Assembly: GCA_951406725.2 (NCBI GenBank)
Contig: OX597819.1
Coordinates: 36,766,001 to 36,830,000, forward strand
From: Octopus vulgaris
Taxonomy: Eukaryota
Direction of reading: 5' to 3'
DNA length: 64,000 bases
Shown here: positions 54,621-64,000 of the stretch, in pieces
Layout: every line of letters begins with the position of its first letter
How positions within the stretch are numbered: position 1 is the first letter of the stretch
The notes under the pieces: generated by a model
Told to the model about the DNA's origin: nothing
The model's database searches: none
Seen by the model: the letters and a program-made list of their open reading frames with translations, nothing else
Made by a program: the position numbers and the translations under genes

Positions 54621-55455
54621 TCTGTATAATAATCTGCTTGTTCGTTCGCTCGTTACACATTAGCTAGTTAGATAGGTGGAATGGTGTGCGTGAGAGGTGG
54701 AATACGAGTGTGAGTGAGAGAGAAGGGGAGGAGTGGCGAAAGAAGAGAAGAAGTAGGAAGAGGTAATTAATATTAATGCACTTAGGCTAAATGCGTCATG
54801 TGGTCAGTTGAAAATAGAGACAAAGTACGAGAGAAAAAGACGACCAGAAAAAAGGAGAGAAGTGTTAACGACGTGCGTTGAGGTGGAAAAGGAATACTTA
54901 TTACATGATTAAAATGTTAACTGAAATGAAAGATAGAGGGAGATGGACAGGGGAGGAAGTTTTATTGAGAGAAAGTGAGAGAGAGAGAAACAAACAGACA
55001 GACATATAGCAGCGGTGGTGATGGTGGTGATGGTGGTGGTGGTGGTGGTGGTGGTGGTAGTGAAAAGTATTTTTTACTGAATTAATTTTTTTTTAAACGC
55101 ATAAGTGCAATCGTTTATCGTCTGCTCGCTTAAAAAAAATTGACACTTGTTTTAATAAGGGTTAATTTAGCTTCACAAGAAACATAGTTTCTGGATTCAC
55201 AAGAAACATAGTTGCAAGCTACGCGTGATAGGATGCGCAGATACAGACGAAGAATGAGAGAGGAACAGCAAGAAAGTATAAAAATTGGAAAAAGACAACA
55301 CCGACGGAAACGGAAGGAAATGAATGTAGACGAACGTCAAGAATATTTAAAGAAAGCTAAACTATGAATGCTTTAAAAATACAAGTCATCCGTTTTTTCT
55401 TAAATAGGTCCTCTCAATTTTTGCCATTCCGTGGAATTTTCACGGTTCCCACTAG
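54621..55455 (+). mobile_element. Non-autonomous Helitron
   Basis: A|TC start; 3' hairpin CCGTGGAATTTTCACGG then CTAG|T; sits in a (TAATA)n tract. Confidence 0.8.
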
Positions 55456-55683
55456 TAATATAATATAATATAATATAATATAATATAATATAACACTGGC
55501 CAAAAATATAAATTTTCTGATATCAAACAATTTGGAGCTGAACTACAGTTTTTTGAGACAGAATCCGATAATTACATTCATTTATTACCATTCCGTCAAG
55601 ATTTTAAGAGACTGGCTCCATAAAATTTCATTGTCTTTTCAATAAAACAGTGTATGAGGAACAAAGCATACCATACAAATATA

Positions 55684-57065
55684 CGAGGTGGTATCAAAAA
55701 GTTCCCGGACTAGTTATGTTTAATAAAAGAAATAACTTATTTCCTTAAGTTTTAATATCATCTTCTTTGAAATAGTCGCCTTGCGCAGCAATACACCGAT
55801 CACAGTGTTCCTGATACTTTTGGAATCCGGCTTGGAAGTCGTTTTCCGTAAGTGGAAACGACTTTTCAGCTAACATTTTAATCACGTAATAAGTATTACT
55901 TCCCCACCTCACCGCACATCTTTAATAATTCTCTCCCTTTTTTTTCTCGTCGTCTTTTTCTCTCGTTCTTTGTCTCTATTTTCAGCTGACCACGTGCTGC
56001 GTTTGGTCTAAGTGCGATTCGCTCCGGATCTCGACAACGGTGTTAAAACGGCGACTTTTGAGCTGCATTTCCAAACTTGTGGAAGAGATGGAAATCTGCA
56101 GGTGCTAAATCTGGCGAATAGGGTGGATGCTGAAACGATATCATGGTATTTTTGGCGAGAAACTCACGCGTGAGGAGAGCTCGGTGACAGTGTGCATGGT
56201 CGTCGTGAAGAATCCAATTATTCGCGCTCCACAGATTCGGTCGCTTTCGCCGAATATCCTATATCAAACGTTTCAAAATATTGCGGAGGGACTCTCTATT
56301 GATCGTCTAACACTGGGGGACGAATTCTCGATGCGCAATACCACGGATGTCGAAAACAGCGCTGAGCATGCTTTCCATTGGTCTGCGGCTCTGTCGCACC
56401 TTCTTCGGTCGTGGAGATGAAGGCCTCTTCCAGTGTGACGACTACTGATTCGTCTCAGGGTTGTACCTGTAGACCGAATTGTTGGATCATCAGCGGCACG
56501 CTGGCGGCGATCTTGGTGATCTTTCTGTTCAGTGGTCAGTGGGCGGGAGATAAACTTGGCAGAAACACGTCACATGTTCAATTCGGACGGTATGCACGGA
56601 TCTATACGACAGACCAACAAGCTCAGTAATGTCATTGATTGTCCTCCGACGATTTTTATGCACGAGCTAATGAATTTTATCCATATTTCATGGGTTGACG
56701 CTCGTAGCATGTCTTCAAATCGCTCACGGTATTCCAGAGACGTTCATCGGTGTTACTAGTCCTGTGTCATTCAAAACATTGCCTACGACACATTGCCCGG
56801 TCGCCGTAAGTTTGCCGAAGCATGCTCAATGTCTTTGTAGCAGACTTACCAATTTTAACGCAGAATTTGACATTGGCTCTTTGTTCCAACATCCTATCCA
56901 TGACAAAATCGCAGATTACAACATAAACAAGTTTCACAACTTCCGAAGTAAACACAGCGTTGTCACTCCGTACACTGCCTCATAAAGGTCACTGCTAACT
57001 CTCACAGCGCACGCTATATTTTGGTATGCAACAGAACTAGTCGGAAACGTTTTGATACCATCTTA
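55684..57065 (-). mobile_element. Full-length decayed mariner transposon
   Basis: TA-flanked TIRs CGAGGTGGTATCAAAAAGTTCCCGGACTAGTT / AACTAGTCGGAAACGTTTTGATACCATCTTA; MLEQRANVKFCVKIGKSATKTLSMLRQTYGDRAM; PPYSPDLAP motif near 56100-56127. Confidence 0.92.
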
Positions 57066-57214
57066 TACATAGAAATTAGTTTTTCTGGAAAGTCAAAATA
57101 TTATCTTAAAATTTTACTGAAAAACTATTAAAAATCTTAAAGTTTCTATATACAGGTTACATCATTGTTTATACCTAATTTCCTATTTGACTGACTTTTT
57201 TGGGGTGCTCACGA

Positions 57215-58270
57215 ACCAAATTCCAGTAATAGTCCGACATCACATGCAAGTTCTCTTTACCTCCATACCTTTGTTTCATGGATTCGATATAAAAATTTTC
57301 TCCCTGCCCGTTACTTGTGTCACGAAGATTGCCGAGAGTTTATCAATATAACAGTGGATATAGTGCAGTTTTATGCTCATATTTGCTCCTAACTTTCTCC
57401 AGCATATTGTCGACTATTTCGGCTTACTTGGATACTTTGTTCGCGCCCAGAAAGTCATTTAGAACTAAAAATGAAGTCTATGCTACAGCTTCAATGCAAT
57501 TCATTGGATTTACAAAATCCCATCTTTCATCGATTTTCTGATTTGAGGCCCAACAAATAGTCCAGCTTTTATCTTTCACCACTCAGACCAGAAAATGTAC
57601 TGCAGATATAGCGAAAGCATGGTTCATCTTTTTCCAGTGCTATAATAAACTGCTTCATAATGATGAGATTGATAAGGAGCGGAGGTATGATGATTTTTCT
57701 CGGATGAACTAACGGTTCTTCAATCATATTAAAAGAAACTGGAACTAATGTTCGCTGCGGTCATTCTTTTATCACCCAATGCTCTGTTGTTCCAAACACA
57801 TAATAAGCATGGACATTTGGTGTATCTATTTTATTGTTCGAGAAGAAAATCGGCCAGCTTAATGTCCACGCATATTAGCCACTAGTGTGCTTAATTTTCT
57901 CTAGCACTGCTTTCACGTCTTCATATTTCTCTGCACGTTTTGTAAAGTGTTTGGAACACAAGCCAATATATTTTCGGGCTATCATTACAAAGGCAGCGAT
58001 CACTATCAACATATTCTGCTGATGTCATTCTCCGAAGCAGTCCTTCAGTGTTTGTTCAATACACTCATAAGTTCTGTAAAAAACGACCAAAATTCAGCAT
58101 TCGTAGTGCTATAGCATGTGACTTTGTTTCCGACTTTAAGGGGGCTTCTTCCTTTAATCGACACGCAAGAACTTCTGCAGATTCTTTTGAGAAGAATACA
58201 TCCCTTACCAAGTCACTGAGTTAATTTTGTTCAAATTGCTGTGGGTGTGATAAGCTAATGCCAAAGTAAT
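57215..58270 (-). pseudogene. Chapaev3-type (CMC) transposase relic
   Basis: Minus strand LSDLVRDVFFSKESAEVLACRLKE, WLICVDIKL..LLEQ..YTKCPCLLCVW, KIIIPPLLINLIIMKQFIIAL, KAGLFVGPQIRK, MSIKLHYIH, QGE.F, MSDYYW; many frameshifts. Confidence 0.8.
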
Positions 58271-59427
58271 CCGAATTATCTGTGGCTTCCTTTGGCTTGA
58301 TTTATATTCCCTAGTCATCACGCTAGTGAAGTTTTGTACTAAATTTCCCAGGTAAACAATATATTTTTCTGAAAATGAACAAAATTGCGAAAATTGGTGG
58401 GATTTGGATGTTTTGGTATCTAGACATGATAGTAAAGAAAATTCAAGCTTTAGATTCAGCGATTCAAAAAAAAAACTCTTCAAACCAGGTAAAAACATCC
58501 TGACAAAATACGTGTTCGAATGTGTAATCCATAACAATTATAGAGAGGGTTTACCACAAAGTAAGTGTACGAACATAGATATTTAAATCAGTATACAAGG
58601 ATATAATAGTATAGATGACTGAATTTAGTACTTTATAAAAACTTAGGATATCTTGGATTGCAGCTTTAGTAACATTATAATGCAAAAAGCGAGGATAATC
58701 TACAATGCTGATTCATGTCCAGATTATAGCGAATTCGTTAGATTATTCCTTTATAAGTATATGAACTCGTATCATAAGAGAAATAGTTTGTGTTTCGTAG
58801 CCTTCATCAGAACATTCTATGAAATGAAATATTTTCAAACAAAAATTGAAACTAGTTCGTGAATTGAACAAGACAGTTCATTTCTTCACCGGTGAGCAGA
58901 AACAATGGAATAAACCGACGTTTCAATTATAACGCTTCAATGATTTGCTACAGTTGAAATGTAGATACTTGTTATGTCGCTTTGATTTCAGAAAATTATA
59001 CCATTGTTTGTACAACTGTACTGCTTAGTCTCTCATTTTTGAAGTAGTTCTAAAGTGTTAATTTCCCGATCAGAATAGACACAACGGAAACACAATACGT
59101 TGACTCAAATGTTGGAGCAATTTACCAATGAAATGATCGGATTTTGAGATATTCAATTTAATGGACATTTGAGATGAAATAGATGTTTCAATTATTATAC
59201 AAATAGAGAGCTAATGTCAGATACAAATCAATTATTTCTCTCTATTTGTGTTGTTAGAGCGTCGGAAAACGCTTTGCGGCATTTGTTCTGGCGCTTCGCG
59301 TTCCAAGTTCAGATCGCACCAAGGTCAACTTTACCTTTTACCCCCTCCAGAATCTATCACTATGAATTGTTTACCTGTAGCCTAAATCAGAAACTAACTA
59401 TTATTAACTAAGTCTGCAGCGCATGCC

Positions 59428-59491
<64 letters not shown>

Positions 59492-59582
59492 TAAGACGTC
59501 GTGCAATTCCAAGTAATGCCGATTTTTGCAATACACCTAGATCGTGGAGTATTTCTAAAGTGTCAGATGTTTCTTCAGCAGC

Positions 59583-59593
59583 TAATAATAATG

Positions 59594-59679
<86 letters not shown>

Positions 59680-59680
59680 C

Positions 59681-59711
<31 letters not shown>

Positions 59712-59760
59712 TAACAACAACAACAACAATAACAACAAAAACAACAACAACAACAACAAC

Positions 59761-59837
<77 letters not shown>
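59583..59837. repeat. (AAT)n/(AAC)n microsatellite, target of the adjacent retrotransposon
   Basis: Direct inspection. Confidence 0.95.
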
Positions 59838-59838
<1 letters not shown>

Positions 59839-62771
59839 GCCTTCTTGGCAAGAGCGTCTGTAACAGCAAATTAAAATATTTAGATCTGACATTGAATATT
59901 TGAAAAACCTTAAGGCTCACAAGACTACCAAACCTACAAAAACCCAAAAATTACTGAAAAAATACAATATGAAAACTATACTTGATATTGCTGCCACCAT
60001 AGAAACCATCAAACAAAAGGTATCTGCCAAAGCTGCCCGCATAGCGAGGTATGAAAGGCGTGTTAGATTTTTCAAGGACAACAACATGTTCAAAAATAAC
60101 ACCAAGAATTTTTACAGGAAGATAGGAAAAACAGCGTTTACTGCAAGGTCTGTACCATCAAAAGAAGAAGTGCAGGGATTTTGGAATAAAATCTGGGCAG
60201 AAGAAAAAACACACAACGAAAAGGCCCCCTGGATTGACAGAATATCTACAGAACTGGACCCTTTAGAAGAGCAAAAGTGGAAGGGTGTCAAGGTAGAAGA
60301 TATAAGATCTGCTCTCGGGAGGTCAAGCAAATGGAAGTCTCCAGGAAAGGATAAAATTCCTAACTTCTGGCTGAATGCTTTCCCAGAGAGCAATGAACTG
60401 CTAACAGAACTGTACAATGATGTTTTGCAACACCCTAGTAGGATGCCTCCTTGGCTAGTTAATGGGTTAACATTCCTGCTTCCAAAAAGTGAAGAAACAA
60501 ATGAACCAAAAAACTATAGACCCATAACCTGCTTAACAACTATGTACAAAACACTTACATCTGTCCTGACGGAATATACCTATAGTTTTTTAACAGACAG
60601 CAGCATATTCCCTAATGAACAGAAAGGATGTAAACGTGGATCCTACGGCTGTAAAGACCAACTACACATCAATAAGATGATCTTAGAAGGTTGTCACAAA
60701 CGACACAAAAACTTATCAATAGCCTGGATAGACTATAAAAAGGCTTTTGATAGCCTACCACATAGCTGGATTAGGAAATGCCTGGAAATGTATAAGATAG
60801 CACCTACTCTGCGAAGCTTCTTGACTGTAAGTAGGAGATCATGGAGAACCACACTAACTCTGAACAGTGACAAAGAATCCCTAAATGCTGGTGATGTAAA
60901 AATTTCGTGTGACATTTTCCAGGGTGACTCACTGTCACCACTCCTCTTTTGTTTATCCTTAATACCTCTCTCAAAGCTGCTCAATGACGCGCAGTACGGG
61001 TATAAAATGTTTGATAAAAATATAAATCATCTCATTTACATGGATGATTTAAAGCTTTTTCCAAAAATGACCAACAACTCAAGGGCTTACTAGCGATAGT
61101 CAAACAATTCAGTGACGACATCAGAATGCAATTCGGCCTCGATAAATGTGCAAAAGCTACCTTTATCAAAGGAAAAATGACTGAAACATCTAACGTTAAC
61201 CTTGACCAGCAGAATGTCATAAAAGAACTAGACCCAGCGGAGAGCTACAAGTACCTAGGGGTAATTGAAGGGAACGGAATAAGGCATTCAGAGATGAAGG
61301 AAAGGATCAGGAGAGAATGCTATCGAAGAGTGAGAGCAATACTCAAAACAGAGCTGAATGCAAGAAACAGGATCGAAGCGATCAATGCATTAGCCATACC
61401 AGTCGTGACTTACAGTTTTAATATTGTTAACTGGTCAATTACTGAAATATGTTGACAATGCATAGAATGCACCACCCTAAGGCAGATACAGAACGACTCT
61501 ATCTGCCAAGAAAAGAGGGAGGCCGTGGTCTTTTGCAACTGGCAATAACAATGAAGATTGCTACAATTGGCCTAGACACCTACCTGAAAAACTCTCAGGA
61601 CTGGATGTTAAAACTTGTCTCAAAACATGAAAACAAGAAAGCATCATACTCAGTCACAAAACAGGCAAAGGAATATCTAAGTGAATTCCGAATACAACCA
61701 ATTTCGGAATTAGAGATAGACATACAAGAAACAAGCACAGAAAAAGCTAGGCGCATGAAAACCCGTGCCAAAACTGCGGCCTTAGATATTCTGAATAATA
61801 AATGGCAAGAAAAACCTCTCTATGGCAAATACCCAAAGAGAGCGAATAATGCAGATATCGACAAAGCCCTGACCCATCAATGGCTAATGGCCTCTTGCTT
61901 AAAATCTGAAACAGAGGGGTTTATCATAGCAGCTCAAGATCAATGCCTACCAACAAGAAACTACCAGGCCAACATATTAAAGATCAGAAGCAGTCCAACG
62001 TGTCGTGTATGCCAGCAACAAAATGAAACCATTGACCATGTGGTCTCCAAGTGCAGTCTTCTTGCGTCTACAGAGTATCTCAACAGACACGATAGAGCTG
62101 CACAATATATTCACTGGGTAATCTGCAAAAACCTGGATTTGCCCCATGTAAAAAACTGGTGGGAACACAAACCACCCCCAGTGCTTGAAAATGACCACAT
62201 CACACTCCTCTGGAACTTCACCATTCAAACTTACAGAAAGATAGATGCAAATAGGCCAGACATCATATTGAAAGACTTCAAACAAAGAACATGCCTCCTC
62301 ATTGATATGACTGTCCCAATCGATATAAACGTATCTGTCAAGACCTACCAAAAACTGAGCAAATATAAAGATCTTGAAATAGAAATCAGCAAAATGTGGA
62401 AGCTGAAGACTAAAACAATACCTGTTGTCATAGGTGCCCTGGGAATGATAGCGAAAGGGACTGATTGCTACCTAACTCAGATACCAGGAAACCCCAAAAA
62501 TGGCAGAAATTCAAAAGATAGTGCTCATGGGAACTGCTCATATCCTACGCAAAATACTCTCTATGTAATCCCAAGGTTTAAAACAAACTTTTTTTTATTT
62601 TTTATTTTTAAAAAAAATTTTTTTTTATGTATTAGACATTCACTAGTACAACACAACCCCCCCCCCCCAAAAAAAATATATGGCACAGAACTTCCAACCT
62701 GTTGTCTCTTGAGGTCTCTGGGTGAGACTTGGAGCCAACTTGTACAGACATAAAGCAAAAGTCAAACATAG
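59838..62771 (+). mobile_element. 5'-truncated R4/Dong-like non-LTR retrotransposon
   Basis: (AAT)n on both sides; RT + CCHC knuckle + restriction-like endonuclease; ~200-bp 3' UTR shared with the next copy. Confidence 0.92.
59900..62567 (+). pseudogene. RT-RLE polyprotein broken by frameshifts near 61060, 61450 and 62495
   Basis: WKSPGKD, NYRPITCL, WIDYKKAFDS, IFQGDSLSPLLF, YMDDLKL, YKYLG, RKEGGRGL, CRVC..ETIDHVVSKC, RHD, NRPDI...IDMTVP...K..KY. Confidence 0.95.
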
Positions 62772-62793
62772 AATAATAATAATAATAATTAAA

Positions 62794-63660
62794 CCTCTGG
62801 CTTAAAATCTGAAACAGGAGGGTTTATCATAGCAGCTCAAGACCAATGCCTACGTACATGGAACTACCAGGCCAACATATTAAAGAACGGCAGTAGCCCA
62901 ACATATCGTGTATGTCAACAACAAAATGAAACCATTGATCCTGTTGTCTCCAAGTGCAGTCTTCTTGCGCCTACAGAGTATCTCAACGGGCATGATAGAG
63001 CTGCACAATATATTCACTGGGTAATTTGCAAAAGCCTGGATTTGCCCCATAATAAAAACTGGTGGGAACACAAACTACCTCCAGTGTTTGAAAATGACCA
63101 CATCACACTCCTCTGGAACTTCACCATTCAAACTGACAGAAAGATAAATGCAAATAGGTCAGACATCATATTGAAAGACTTCAGACAAAAACATGCCTCC
63201 TCATTGATATGACTGTCCCAATCGATATAAACGTATCTGTCAAGACCTACCAAAAACTGAGCAAATATAATGATCTTGAAATAGAAATCAGCAAAATGTG
63301 GAACCTGAAGACTAAAACAATACCTGTTGTCATAGGTACCCTGAGAATGATAGCAAAAGGGGCTGATTGCTACCTAACTCAGATACCAGGAAACCCCAAA
63401 ATGGCAGAAATTAAAAAGATAGTGCTCATGGGAACTGCTTATATCCTGCGCAAAATACTTTTTATGTAACCTCAAGTTTTAAAACAAACATAATTTTCGT
63501 ATGGTTTTTTAGACATTCACTAGTACAACACTAAGTACAAAACCACATATATGGCACCCTAGGCATAACACCAACATGAACTTCCAGCTTGTTGTCTCTT
63601 GAGGTCTCTGAGTGAGACTTGGAGCCAACTTGTACAAATGTAAAGCAAAAGTCAAACAGA
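62794..63660 (+). mobile_element. Second, shorter Dong-like copy (RLE region + 3' UTR)
   Basis: Aligns to 61891-62771 with substitutions; flanked by (AAT)n. Confidence 0.92.
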
Positions 63661-63747
63661 ATAATAATATTAATAATAATAATAATAATTATTATTATTA
63701 TTATTATTATTGTTGTTGTTGTTGTTGTTGTTGCTATTATTATTATT

Positions 63748-63802
<55 letters not shown>

Positions 63803-63911
63803 TAAGACTTCACCTAGTATCCAATATCGTGAAGCTGTTGATTGAAGATATTGTGTCTACCGGGAGTTTGTACTGTCTGTCAAGTCACAAGAAGGACCTC
63901 TCAGACAGAGA

Positions 63912-63916
<5 letters not shown>

Positions 63917-64000
<84 letters not shown>
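63917..64000. repeat. (ATT)n microsatellite
   Basis: Direct inspection. Confidence 0.95.

Overview
AT-rich animal genomic DNA made almost entirely of repeats; no host protein-coding exon could be identified. The SINE families and dense (TA)n/(CA)n/(AAT)n/(GATA)n microsatellites suggest an octopus (cephalopod) genome (inference). Contents: many tRNA-derived SINEs; R4/Dong-like non-LTR retrotransposons in (TAA)n tracts (a near-intact RT + zinc knuckle + RLE copy at 59.8-62.8 kb, a tandem 3' copy and two older relics); Penelope-like remnants carrying several hammerhead ribozyme motifs; decayed mariner, maT/DD37D, hAT and Chapaev3 transposons; MITEs; non-autonomous Helitrons; and a probable tRNA-Val(TAC) pseudogene. 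The most striking feature is a ~5.26 kb array of roughly 230 copies of a 21-23 bp unit lying between Helitron termini. Nearly every unit carries a TCF/LEF core site (CTTTGATCT) next to a Helper-like GCCG motif. Most ORFs in the supplied track are artefacts of repeats. All alignments and translations were done by eye; family names come from recalled motifs, and boundaries of decayed elements are approximate.
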